Shown here one piece after another: positions 17,861-29,514 of a stretch of DNA of 31,830 nucleotides. The first letter of the stretch is position 1; the number at the start of each line of letters is the position of its first letter. Made by a program: the position numbers and the translations under genes. The stretch is from Macrostomum lignano. Taxonomy: Eukaryota. Location: the NCBI GenBank assembly GCA_002269645.1, contig NIVC01003931.1, positions 1 through 31,830 of the forward strand, written 5' to 3'. The notes beneath the pieces are model-generated. The model made no database searches. It was not told the origin of the DNA and saw nothing but the letters and a program-made list of their open reading frames with translations.

Positions 17861-19447
17861 TCAGTCAGAGTGTACTTGACGCTCCGGATCCAGCTGCCAA
17901 GTAATGAAAAGGACGCCTCTGCCTTTGATCTGCACCAACTTGAACTCTGTCTCACCATCAGCGGTCAAAGTGTATCGGGGTTTCTTAGACAATGGTAATA
18001 TTGCCAGAGCCGATATGCTACGGACCAGATTGAAGTCAGCCGAGGTTGGCTGGCTACCGGTAATCGTAAAAACCCTATCAATTGTTTTGTCTTCACTGAT
18101 CAGTAAATTGTTCCATATGTCATCTCTAAATGACCTGCAGCAAACAAGCTTTTCTGTGATAGTACAGATGGTGAACACATCGCAGCGGTCAGACAATATT
18201 AAAATTCGATCTCGAACTGCCATGCGAGTGTCTTTCTTAATAAGCTCGCAATCATGAGGCACTGGAAAAGTCATTTGAATCTGATTAGAATCTTTGTTGA
18301 GCCCCACAATTGTTAGATCATCACTCTGCTCTTTAATCAGGGCGAACAACTTGTCGCAGTTTCCAGCAATGCAGTACAGCTTCTTAGTACTTTCGTGCAA
18401 CTCGGTGATGCAGATTCTTGACTTGTGAGCTCCGCTGAGGTCGGTCACTGTCACCGCTTGCTCCTGAGCGATGAACAGCAGCTGTCGCTCATTGTCGCAG
18501 TGGAGATCTCAGATTGGCTGATCGGCCTCCCAGCTGCAGGCCAGGCGACCCACAATGTCTGCATCAGGAGACAGGAGCAGAATTTTGGATTCAGAAAAGT
18601 TTTTGATGCCTCTAGTATCGGCTTTGCTATCCGAGCTCTCCGAGGCAACCTGAACCTCAACAGCTACAAAAATGCTTGGCTGAGGCAGTCGGCTGGGATC
18701 TGTAGAATGCTCGGCAGACTTCTTAACGATATCCAAGTCATGTATGACGAACCCAGCGGTGTTGCCGCACACGGTAAGACACGTGGCTCGAAGCTTTGCT
18801 TCTTTTCTGCTTTTCTTTGCTTTCAGCTTAATTTTGTCGCATCGGACAGAGTCAGAAACATCGATCTGTTCAACATACTTTTTTAACATTGTCAGCTCGG
18901 ATTTTACGGCATTTTGCAGCTCCCTTACTGACGAGTTCAAATCTGGATAAGCGACAAGCTCGACTTTCCCTTTATCCTCATCCATTTTCACCAGCTTCGA
19001 GTCCAACTGAAGCGTTCTTAGCGATGCCTCCAAGCTCCTGTTGACGAGGAAGACCTGCCTCATATTGTTGTTATTCTTTGCTTGCTTTAACTCTCTCTCA
19101 GAGTCTTCCAGCTCCGAGACACTTGATAGAGAGACCATTAGCTCGTCATGCTGTTTAGTAACGACAGCACAGAGCTCACTTTGGCACCGGTCCAATGTCT
19201 CTCTGAGTTCGGCGAATGAGTCATCAAGAAGCTGCAGGTCAGACGTGAGTCTCTGCTGCATCAGTCTCATTGACGCTTGATATGCCTTGAAGTGATGTAT
19301 CTTCTCAGCGACTGAGGCTTCCAACGCGTCTAATTCAGCAAAGTAGTTTTGCAGGTGCGAGACGCAGAGAGGCTGGCAGGTGATTGGAGAATCGCTTGTA
19401 GCAGCACTGCGGCAGAGTCGCACGGAACAGCGACAAGGTGGCTCCAT
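17861..19447 (-). pseudogene. C3H zinc-finger / coiled-coil / beta-rich protein, paralog 1; one in-frame TGA at 18509-18511
   Basis: ORFs 18509-19456 and 17861-18454 are in the same frame (QPI*DLHCD versus QPIRDLHSD in the paralog). ATG at 19447. Aligns along most of its length with 20919-22535. Confidence 0.8.
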
Positions 19448-20251
19448 AGCTTGCAATTGGTTTTATTTTCGTGGGAGTTATTCGGGCCAGTTACAGGAAG
19501 CCTGTCTTCGTTTCTGTAAGGAGTTTCTTAAGTCTGACTCGTACGGTCATTTTAAAATGTACTGCGCTGTACGTTCACAATGCGAATTAAAGCTGATGAA
19601 GGCTTCATTTGTGCTTTTTACGAGCACTCGTAGGGGTTCAAATTTCCTGCACTAGAAAGCAAAAATTGCAAGCTGTGCATGCACGACTTAACTGTACTTA
19701 GAGAATACTGTGTAGGATAGAAAAGCTGAAATATCAGGCCAAACCCAACAAACGCTGCTGTAGAGGCTGCGTCAGTATATTTTGTGGGCCCTTGTGGTGC
19801 AGTAGACGCAGATATGATGCTAGAGATGCAAATTGATAATTTAAAAGCTTAAGAATAGCGGGTCATAGCTGCGTTGCAGACAGTCTAAGTATTGTATTTA
19901 GTACACTCGTAGGACGGTTTTTTATTGTTCTAACTTAATTTGGTACAATTAATGCCTACAAAGTTAAAATTATTGATTTTTCTTTCCAGAAGACACCAAC
20001 GAAATTACTTGTACTGATCACTCAAACCTACTGACACTTACCAGGGCAAAAACGAAAGCACCTAAAAATTACAACAAAGTTCTCATTTTTTCTTTTTAAA
20101 AAATTAGACCTCGTATGTTATGATCCTTCTATTAAAAAAACTACGCTTGGAAAATCATCGCAATGTCGCTGATAGTCCAGCAATGGAAGTGATAGCGAAT
20201 ATACATGTAGATATACAGGTTTGTTGGCTTTAGTTATCATCATTATCCCTC

Positions 20252-20432
20252 TTAAGGCAGCCTTCTCAACACAGTCTCCATCTGTAGCATCACACTTCCC
20301 CCATCGCGTCAATCGCATCAGAACAGCCTGCTGGCACCAACTCACCTCCTCAAACGATCTGGGAGATAGTAGAAGAAGATCCAGTTTGAGCTATTTAATT
20401 AACTCACAGCAATGGTTCAGAAACCATCAAGC
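20252..20432 (-). other. Candidate micro-exon cluster (25 nt at 20432-20408, 13 nt at 20358-20346, then an exon from 20281)
   Basis: Two GTGAGT donors and pyrimidine-rich CAG acceptors define introns of 49 and 64 nt. The spliced product reads LMVSEPLLSFEEMETVLRRLP*. Confidence 0.35.
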
Positions 20433-20918
20433 CTGAAAATCATCAAATCGCTGTCACTTTCAAAAAATTAAAATGACACCAAAGTTGTTTCTATTATTAC
20501 TCTATGATAATGTGTCCGAACTTTCCAACAACCTCTCGCATGTTTCTTACACCAACCGAGATAACAATGGAAGTATGGATAAAATAATAGCTCTTGTCAC
20601 AAAGTAGGGATAGTAGGGTTAAAAATTATCTAATGGAAAAATCTAACAGCTAATCAATCGCGTATGATAGCATAAATATTGGGAAAAAGCTGGGAAGATA
20701 ACAGACAGAGAATTATGATGAGGAGCATTATGATGAGGACAGTCTAAATAAATTTCTACGAATAAAAGGAAGCTTTGAAAACTAAAAAAAGTCATACTTA
20801 TACCAATTAAATTCAAATAAAATTTTCGTTTACTACTTTTTGTTTACTGCCCAGTCTAAAGTCTACTGAAAATCGATATCAAGTCGGTATGATTGTGCTA
20901 CACAAAGACAGTCGGAGT

Positions 20919-22535
20919 TCAGATTTCAAAGACGCGCTGTCTCAAGGAATTGTTAGCCACATCGAAGGCCACGCAGCGCCTGCTGTCGGTGCTGAACTCA
21001 ATCACCGAGTCGTCGTTGAACGGAACTTTGATTGCAGCACCGAAGTAGGGCGTTCCGAAGCCGCTGCTGACCTGCTGAGCAACGAGGGCGGCCATGTTTC
21101 GGTTGCCTCGCAGCAGTTCAGCATTCAAGTCGAACTTTCCTTTGTCCTGCACACTGTTCGAGGCCAGCAGCATCCCAGTGATGGAGCACACTGTGTCCAG
21201 CTTCTCACCGTCATCAACAAACAGCATGCGGTCCCTCACAGAAATCTGAGGCCTGGCGCCCGCCTTGTCGATGCCGGTCACCGCAAGCTTCAGCTGGACT
21301 TCATTCGACTTCTTGGACAGTCCGAAAATCACCGGCTTGCCGTCGGCTCGCTCAGCGAGGATGAACAGCTTGTCAGAGTCTCCGGCGATGCAGCGCAGCT
21401 TCTGCACGTCATCTTGCAGGTCAGAGACGCCGACTCGAGACTGCTCCACTCCGCACATGTCGGCGATGATCAGCTGTAGATCTTGGACGATGAACAGCAG
21501 TTGCAGTTTTGTGTCGGAGTGAAGGTCTCTGATGGGCTGCTCCCAGCTGCCGGGTACCTTGCCGACCTCCTCAGAGTCGAATGAAACCAAAACGACATTT
21601 TTCTCGCTGGCAGAACGATCCACGGCGACAAGAATGGATTTGGGAGGCAGCTGACGTATTTCAGACACTTGGGTCTCTTTAGTAGTTGTCTGAGATGTTT
21701 CGGTGACTTCAGTAGCTGGCTGAGGTATTTGGATATCTTCCGAGCCTGGTTGAGGCACGCACTTTGTACGCGATTTACAACCTCCAGTCGCTGTTTTAGC
21801 TCCAACGATGCTACCAGAACCGTCAAGAGCAAAGCCCTCAGTGCTATTCCACACTGTCAAGCAAGATGGGGTTCCGCTGAGTTGGATATTATTTTGTTTT
21901 GGAACTGCGTCAGTATTTGGGACACTCTGGCTTTTGCTAGCACGAATATCAAGGCTTTTAACCAAATTCTGAGCAAGCTGAAGCGACATATCGAAGCTCA
22001 TCTGCAGGTTTCTAACCATCGAGTTGACATCCGGGAAGGCAGCCATCGTGACCTCGGTTTTCCCTTCATTCATGCACACAAGCTCTGAGTTAAGCTCAAG
22101 TGACTCAAGCGACTTGTCCATATTCTCCGTGATGAGGAAAGCCTGTCTCAGGTTTCTCTCGTTTTTCGCTGTCCTGAACTCCGTCTCAAGTTCGTCAACT
22201 ACAGCTAGAGTCGCAAGAGACTCCGACATCTTTTCGTAGTGCTTGTTGACGGCTTCAGTGAGCTCCGCCTGGCACTTTTCGAATGAGTCGCGCAGATCTT
22301 GAAAGGTGTCACAGAGAAGCTCCATGTCGGACGCCAGCCTCTGCTGCATGAGACGCAGCGGGCGCTGGTAATTGCGAAAGTGAGCGATTCTATCCGCGAC
22401 AGCGGCCTCCGCATTCTCGCACCTGCGCAGGTCGGCCTGCAGATGGTGCTCACAGAGCGGCTGGTCCGAGATCGGAGACTTACTGGCTGACGGATTTCTG
22501 CACAGTCTCACGAAGCACGTCGCTTTGGTGTCCAT
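20919..22535 (-). CDS. Intronless 538-aa protein: N-terminal C-x4-C-x15-C-x2-H zinc finger, coiled coil, linker, beta-rich C-terminal domain (TRIM-like architecture without RING), paralog 2
   Basis: Intact ATG-to-stop ORF. CFVRLC-x15-CEHH, heptad-rich residues ~35-190, T/E/P-rich linker, then repeated short hydrophobic strands. Conservation with paralog 1 supports coding. Confidence 0.85.
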   Translation of the reverse strand: MDTKATCFVRLCRNPSASKSPISDQPLCEHHLQADLRRCENAEAAVADRIAHFRNYQRPLRLMQQRLASDMELLCDTFQDLRDSFEKCQAELTEAVNKHYEKMSESLATLAVVDELETEFRTAKNERNLRQAFLITENMDKSLESLELNSELVCMNEGKTEVTMAAFPDVNSMVRNLQMSFDMSLQLAQNLVKSLDIRASKSQSVPNTDAVPKQNNIQLSGTPSCLTVWNSTEGFALDGSGSIVGAKTATGGCKSRTKCVPQPGSEDIQIPQPATEVTETSQTTTKETQVSEIRQLPPKSILVAVDRSASEKNVVLVSFDSEEVGKVPGSWEQPIRDLHSDTKLQLLFIVQDLQLIIADMCGVEQSRVGVSDLQDDVQKLRCIAGDSDKLFILAERADGKPVIFGLSKKSNEVQLKLAVTGIDKAGARPQISVRDRMLFVDDGEKLDTVCSITGMLLASNSVQDKGKFDLNAELLRGNRNMAALVAQQVSSGFGTPYFGAAIKVPFNDDSVIEFSTDSRRCVAFDVANNSLRQRVFEI

Positions 22536-23112
22536 TCCTGTCCCGAAATTCAGTGAGCAAATAGCTTTAGGAGTAAATAGCGAACGAAACTACAGGGGTC
22601 GCAGTGGCAGTGGTTTATACAAAAAGTAAAATATTGCGAATAAACTAGGCACTACGGATTTTATCTTCACAGCAATCATTTTGTGTTCTCAGATAGAGTT
22701 AACAAGTACATTCAGGTACAGTACATACATGTGGGCTGTATTTACTGCAATCCTGGAATACATGTCTATAGCCATGTACTTGCATTACGTGTACAGGCCG
22801 AGATTACGTGAAAGTACGCAATGTGCAGTTTTTATCCTGTACGGCATACGAAGTTCCGCTTTTTTCAACGCTGATATTAGTGACTGTTCTAGTGACGAAG
22901 AAATGCCTGGCCAACCGAGCCACGCGTTTTGTAAAGTACTGCGCTTGTGACTTTTTACGTGGGGAGTAGCGTAAGGGGAAGCGTGGGGATTTTACTCTGG
23001 GTTAGTGAACGCATCGTGGAGGGGCCGCTCCAGGCTTGGATTGGCTCTGCGCTGTGCTCGCTGTGCTTTCTCTCTCACTGCTCTCTCAAAAAATATTTTC
23101 CGCGTGAGCGCT

Positions 23113-23425
23113 GCATTGATCTTGCCAGGGCGCTAAAATTGGCACTGAAAGGCTGAAATTGGCGCCGGAATATTGAAATTGGCGCCAAGAAGTAGCAAGC
23201 TGATATACGCTGCCATTTGTGCGCCGTTCCAGCGCTGATTTCAGCATTCCGGCGCTGATTTTGAGATCCTGGCGCTGATTTGGGGATCCTGGCGCCAAAT
23301 TTGGCTTCAGGCGCCAATTCGAGCTTTTACGCGCCAATTGTAGCTATCCAGAGCCGATTTGAGCTTTCCAGCGCTGGTTTGGGCCTTTTGGCGCTGATTT
23401 GGGGATCCTGGCGCTGATTTGGTGA
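23113..23425. repeat. Degenerate array of GGCGC(C/T)-centred ~20-bp units in both orientations
   Basis: AAATTGGCGCC copies at ~23157-23186; GGCGCTGATTTGGGGATCCT and GGCGCCAATT copies at ~23260-23420. It abuts the 3' end of the transposase. Confidence 0.75.
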
Positions 23426-23429
23426 CGAA

Positions 23430-25100
23430 GGCAGACAAGATAAATGACAACTGAATAGTGGAATCATCCTGTTGCTTAACATTGGGACTAGTCGATTGGA
23501 GAATTCCACCTCCAGCGTGCACTAGTAACTGTCTAAAGGCTGAGCAAAACTGTCTCAGAGTCAGATTGTGATTCCAGCCGTTTCGAAGCCTGACGGCATT
23601 AAAAATAACTCAAGAAAATCCTGCGACAACCCGTAAGTGCAAATAAAGAAAAAAGCACAACTTGAAAACAAATACTTGGCAAGGGCCATACGAGCTAACA
23701 GCCTCACAATTCACCATGAAGCCGAGAAAGCCTGTTTTCTTTGCAGTTTCAACAATTTTGCGTCCAGACAGATTTTCAAGACTTCCGAGAAGCTTAATCG
23801 AGTCAGTAAAGAAGTCAATAAAGTCCGACTGGTTGTCAGCCCTTAGAGCCATTTTGGCCCCCTAATTTACTAGTTGCTTGGATTTAAATGCGTCGTGCTC
23901 AATAAAATCTGCCGTCACAAGTACATCATGGTGCTCGAATCCTTGCTGATGTACCCACCGCAGGGAGTCAGCAACTGACTTACTAAAAAGCTGGGATGCC
24001 AAATAGACCTTCATCTTTAAATTGGCAAATTTGATGTGATGCCTGCTTAGTTTATTTCCCAGTTTGAGCCCGTGACTATCCTGAACTTGATGCAGTAGTG
24101 AAACATATTTCCAATCAATATTCCCCCTATTCGGCCAAACTATCGTGCCCATTGATTGCCACTGATTGCGAATCAGCTCCAACATATGAGGCGGATCGAG
24201 TAAGGCAGAAACCTGAATGCTTGGGTCACAAGGATGAGGGAACGTGGCGACAATTGAATCCGGAGAACTAATTTTAGCCCCAAGAAGTTCAATAGCTCGA
24301 ATGTTGTGCTGTGTTCCATCGCATGTGAGCGATGTGGTGACAACGTAATCCTTGATTCTTCTACAACACTAGACATTAATTGACCTTCCACACCATTTAC
24401 TAGAAAATAACCCAATGGCAACTTCCAATAGTTCTTCAGACCCACAGCCATCACTACCAATGCCGACGTCGCCTCCTGATCACTTGCCTTGCCATCTCCT
24501 TTGTCAACATAGCCGAAGAACATGCCTTCATTCGAATTCCATTCAATCATTGATTCCAATGACATCTCATCGGCCACTACATTGCAGTAGTCAAAGGCTG
24601 TGCCATCGTCGAAGCATTTACCGTTTGAAATCCATCTTCAAAGAGACGCAGAGTGCGGTGAGCTGAAAACAATTTCTGACATATTCATAGGCTTTGGGGC
24701 TGTAGAAGTGCAGGGTGGACGCGGATTTTCGCACTTCAGTAGGAAACTTTCTTGTCCGCTTATTGCTTTGAGGCAAAATGCTGCTAATCAAAGAATTCGA
24801 GGTCAAAAAACTCAGGCGCGAAGCAGCCGCTTCATTCAGAATGCTCTTTTTCCTCAACTCTCCGATTGCCTCCTTCGGGGTTCTCGCTCTTCGTTTAATT
24901 TGCCTATGCTTTGAGCGCAATGATTTGAAGAGTTTTGAAGAGAACGCTGTAAGATTTCAATAGCTTTCGCACCCTTCTTGGACTTGGCATGAGCCGCTAG
25001 AAGCCTATTGTACCTGCGCCTCAGATTTTTCAAAGCTCTTACCTTCGTATTGAAATCTTCCCTGCTCACAGGTCTGGCTGAGGAAGATCTGATGAGGGCG
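23430..25100 (-). pseudogene. P-element/THAP9-like DNA transposase, heavily frameshifted
   Basis: STLHFYSPKAYEYVR, ADEMSL..IEW, GYVDKG, ALVVMAVG..WKLPLGYF, TCDG, DPPHMLELIRN, GLKLGNKL..HI...KMKVYLASQLFSKSVADSL, KTGFLGF, TYGLSQDFLELF, RQFCSAFRQLL. No recognisable THAP domain or TIRs. Confidence 0.9.
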
Positions 25101-25675
25101 CACTTTTTCCAAATCCCGCGCTAGCACATGGGCTCTAAACTTACTAGCCTACTAACAGCAGGCTAAGGGCATTTTTATCCTTTTTCTGCGAATTGTCATA
25201 GAATCTATACTAAATATAATTTTTGGTCATACTAGTAGTCAAATTAACATAGGCGCAGCTTTTTGGGTCATAAATCATCGCTTTCGAAGCTGGTCTGACA
25301 GCCACCTGCGCCTCACTCCGTGTTGAGGCGGGCGCCAGATGGTCTGAGAGGATGCGGGCGGTAGCTTTTTTCTCATCATTTTGACAGGCCATCAGATTTA
25401 TGAGGTCAGAGCCTATTGTTCGTGATCACTCAAGCGTGTGACAGCTTTGACAGCTATGCGTTTTACCCCCAAAAGTACTTTGGGATTAGCGATTAGCGAT
25501 TTCTCTTCATTATCTTCAATTTCTATTTAATAAGAGCTTTCTAATGTATATTTTTTCATTCATTTTTGTCAATTCTACGCGAAAAGTCATAAATCATTTT
25601 GATGCGATTTTGAGTGATTTATGGCCGCACCTGTCATATTTTTACGACCCGAGGGAACTGATAGGATTTCCCGGT

Positions 25676-25806
25676 CACGTGATTCTGGGTGGCAACAAGC
25701 TCAGCCAATCAGAAAACTTGACGCTCATTTTAACAAATCGGCTCAGCCAATCAGAATCGATGTGTTCCATTATAACAAACTGCGGTCCAGTTGGCGGCTA
25801 TTTAAA
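25676..25806 (+). promoter_or_regulatory. E-box + two CCAAT (NF-Y-type) boxes + TATA-like motif
   Basis: CACGTG at 25676-25681. Exact 16-bp repeat GCTCAGCCAATCAGAA at 25699-25714 and 25741-25756. TATTTAAA at 25799-25806. Confidence 0.5.
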
Positions 25807-28333
25807 CCGGTGTTTTTGGCCCGCTCGGACTTCAACCTGCGGTTACCCTGGTACCGGTTCTACCCCTGCAAACCCTTTCTGGAGACCGGCCAGGAACTTG
25901 CTCTCTCTGACCGTCGTTTCTTGATCCCCGGATCGCAACCCCCCCCCCGCCCCACCATCATCAAGGACGAATTCCCCCGGTCATCAGCAGTGAACATCAG
26001 AGTGAAGAGCATCACCTGCTAGCTATCAGCAAAGAATGTGACATCAGCATCATCCCGGGTCTACAGCTGCGAAGCACTAAGCCGATTCGGTCACTGTGGA
26101 TTACCTGGTCTCCGGCTGTTGAGTTTCTGATTGTTTGTGTGAGAGGCTACCTAGACTTGCTTGATTGGGTGATCCCTTATCTGTCCCCTGTTTCAGTAGC
26201 TGGATTAGGCGCACACTTTTGCTCATTTTGTCCAGTAGTGCTGTTACTGAGGCAGAAATCATTCAATAATACTGCTAGTAGTCTGAAGCTCCAATTCAAT
26301 CTGAAGTGTGAAGTGATCTAAGGAGAAGGTTAAATCTGACAGTTAATTTTATCGATTTTATTTCTTTGTTCGCCGATGGCTCAGATGAGTAGCTAAGCTA
26401 GTAGGCGCCGGTCACAGTGGACCAACGGCAAGGCAGTTCTCAGTCGATCAATCTATCAAATCAGTTAGCGAAATTGCCAATAGTGCAAAATCGGCGCCAG
26501 AGATGTACTTTGTGCACTCTAGGTTCGCCAAGCGGCTCGGGTGATGAATCGTGCGAGGTCTCTGAAGTTCGAGTTAGTCTATCATCAGCGCTATGAGAGG
26601 CTAGTTGGCGCGTTGAAGGCCAAAAGTACATATCCTCGTATTTAGCAATGTAATAGTACATGTAGCTACCCCATAGTCTCGCCACTGCAAGAATCCCCTG
26701 CACAAGTCACCTCTGTACCAGCATGGCCAATGCGATCTAGTCCCAGCAGTGTCCCTTATCATCGGCTATGACTTCGAGATTGACAGCAAAAAGACACTAG
26801 TTGGCAGGTAAGTGCAAAGCCCCTTCTAGTCGGAAGCCCGATTTCGAGAGTCCCGGTGTGGTGAGCCAGGACGTACGGGCTGGTGGTAGCGAGTTAGCTA
26901 ACCTGCGGGTTAACTAATTTCTACCTTCAAAATTCTCCCTGCTTGTCTCTCGCTGTCCCTCTCTTAGCTATAGGACCTAGACTGCTCGCCACACGATCAA
27001 GCTACCATGGGGCTGACCATCTGACAGGAGTGGGGGGCCAGGACTCTAATTGATTTATTTCTGAGGCCTGAGGCCCGAAGGCTTCCCCACAAGGGGACCG
27101 AAAGGTCGAAACCCATCAAGACCATGAGTTGAGCTGTGCCATGCATTGTTATGATATTTAGATATGAAAATGTTCAGTACCGACCACCGGAAGGCTCTAA
27201 TTTCGCTGGTGCACCCGCGGGAATCCCGCGGGAAAGGCTTTCTATTGTTAAGCAACTAAAAACAACTAGAAAAGCATGTAAATATACTTAACACGATGTG
27301 TGTCGAAGGCAATTTGTACAAGCAAACTTACCAGCTGCGTCAATTACTTCGACCACATGATGCTCGTTTTGATAATTGATAGTCAGACGTTGCCCAGATC
27401 GAACTTCCTCGGATTTTTCCTACTTGAAAATGTCAAGTAAACCATTTGAATCAAAAAGCACCAGGTGTACATTCTGCGCTCTAGGGGTGGCTCGACGACG
27501 AGAACCGGAATTCATTAGTAGAAATGAATAATAGAGCAGTTATAGGTGAAAACGAGTTCAAATAGTTGCTAAATAACAACTCCTTAATGTGCTTTCTCGT
27601 TTAAGTTTTAAATCTGAGCACACTAGAGACGATAACGAGGGGTAATAGGGTGACACAACAGAAAGTCGCGTCTCGGTGGGGTGGGTGGAGCGAACCAATC
27701 AAATGTGTTTCCTTCCCGTGGCCATGACTGTACGTAAAAATAACGTGGAAGCCTATAATTTTCTTACGAAAAACTCTATGAATATCAATGGAGCTACATG
27801 TATACGAGGTTTCCCATCCTTCTACGAGTACTTGAGTAGCCCCTGCGACCACATCTCCGCATCAGCTTTGACTTCGTTGGTTATTGGCCTTCACCTATGC
27901 AGATCGCTTCTGTGACCTTCAACAGGTGGCACCAGGCGACTATGAACACCCCGTTGCGAATTTCTTAATTGAGTTTCTTAATTGAGAGTGGACAAAGCTC
28001 AACTGCTGGACCATCCTCAGCTGGTCTCTCAAGCACTCCGTCATCAGATGAATGAAAAAATTCGAAATTCTGGCGGCAAAATCGTCGAATATCTCGACGA
28101 TCCGGGAGGGCTGGCGAATTGACTCTTCTTTGAAAAGGTGTGCAATAAAAAGTTATAGGCCGGTGTCCGGTGCCGGTGTGCCTCATGCCTTGCTCCGTTC
28201 TGGCGCAACAAAATGTCTTCAAATTCAGGGTATTGTATTTAGACAGGCAAAGGACTTGGCATTCCTACGGTTAATTATGATATGTGGCTCGTATTTAGCC
28301 TGCTCACTGACTGCTTCGATCAGTCAGTCGGTC

Positions 28334-28410
28334 AAAGTAAATACGAAGTAAATACGAAGTAAGTAAGAAGTAAGTACGAAGTAAGTAAGAAGTAAATACA
28401 AAGTAAATAA
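28334..28410. repeat. 11-bp minisatellite (AAGTAA(A/G)TA(C/A)G)
   Basis: AAGTAAATACGAAGTAAATACGAAGTAAGTAAGAAGTAAGTACG... Confidence 0.85.
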
Positions 28411-28859
28411 ATTCTGTTGCTAGCTACAGGTTTCAACGCGTTTAAACATTGGAAACACCTAAGACGGCACCTACCAGAAGCTGTTGTGGTTGCTGCTGCA
28501 CATGCCAGTAATATTTCTGAGTATAATTAAAAATCTTAATTTTTTCCGCAACCAAAAAGTAATCCAATGCGGAGAAATTGGCGTGAATATTATTGAGTGT
28601 TGCGAGAGCTGACACATGATTATGCATGAGTCGATTGTGAGGCAGCAATATATGGTTTGGTTGCTACTGCTATTGTAGTAACTCTGCTCAGAAGCCGATA
28701 AAATTCTTTCCATTCGGCAGTGAATATTGACATTTTATTTGAACTCAGGTAACATATCTTGAGTATATATTAACTGCGGTTAGAGTTGCAGCAACCAGAA
28801 GGTTTTAGAATTTAGAAAGTTCAGCAACCGAGACTCCTTGCTCCGAATCAGGCGGTCCC

Positions 28860-29089
28860 TCACACGCGGGTGACGAACATCCCAGCCTCGGTCTTCAGCT
28901 CGTGCGGCAGAACGGCGAATCTCAACAGGTGGCAGGCGTCCAGGTGGAACAGCACGGCCTGGCAGTCAGCATCGCAGCGATATACGCACTCAGTCAGACT
29001 CCTGACGGGCTGCTCATTGCGGTAGAAGGGCCCGCTGGTAGAGGTCAGGTTCACGTAGTCTCGGTCAGCCAGAGTGAAATGATTGCTAT
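28860..29089 (-). CDS. Exon 2 (PAN/apple-like) of the WSC-PAN gene, copy B
   Basis: Acceptor TTCCCTTCTAG ending at 29090. Same 230-nt length, phase and stop position as copy A. Confidence 0.7.
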
Positions 29090-29514
29090 CTAGAAGGGAA
29101 AAAAGAGACATAAAGTGCACCGCTACTCTGGTGAGACCAACACAAGTGCGTCTCCTTCGACATGTCGACTGCAGTCGATCTCACATTCTGAAATTTGGCG
29201 TTCATACGCACCTACGAGGGCCAACCCCCAAGGCACAGAGAGTGCACATGCCTGACGATTAGAAAGTCGGGCCGCCGAACCACCCTGAGCGAGAGCGCGT
29301 TTGAGTGCGTGCCTGCGAACAGGATCCAGTATGCGGTAGATAGCGCTTCACCAGCCTTCCGGCAAATATTGATCGAAATTTGTGAACTACTTTTAAATTT
29401 TAGTATTCAATGCTTATAAGTAGAATTGCTAAACCATGGATGCTGTACTCAGTGCATGGGGAAGTGCATGTACATGTAGAAATGCACCGATTGTACAAAT
29501 TCCGCTACGCTCAC

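Noticed and set aside
25084-25100. CTGATGAG hammerhead core
   Set aside because: No stem II or GAAA follows.
25203-25220. ATCTATACTAAATATAA as a Helitron 5' end
   Set aside because: No matching 3' hairpin plus CTAG terminus could be identified with confidence.
27096-27112. Second hammerhead ribozyme
   Set aside because: Stem II and GAAAC are present, but CUGANGA and a UH cleavage triplet are missing.
27880-28130. Protein-like stretch around the 13-bp duplication TTTCTTAATTGAG (AFTYADRFCDLQQVAPGDYEHPVANFLIE...)
   Set aside because: Short, flanked by stops, no recognisable motif; cannot be assigned without a search.
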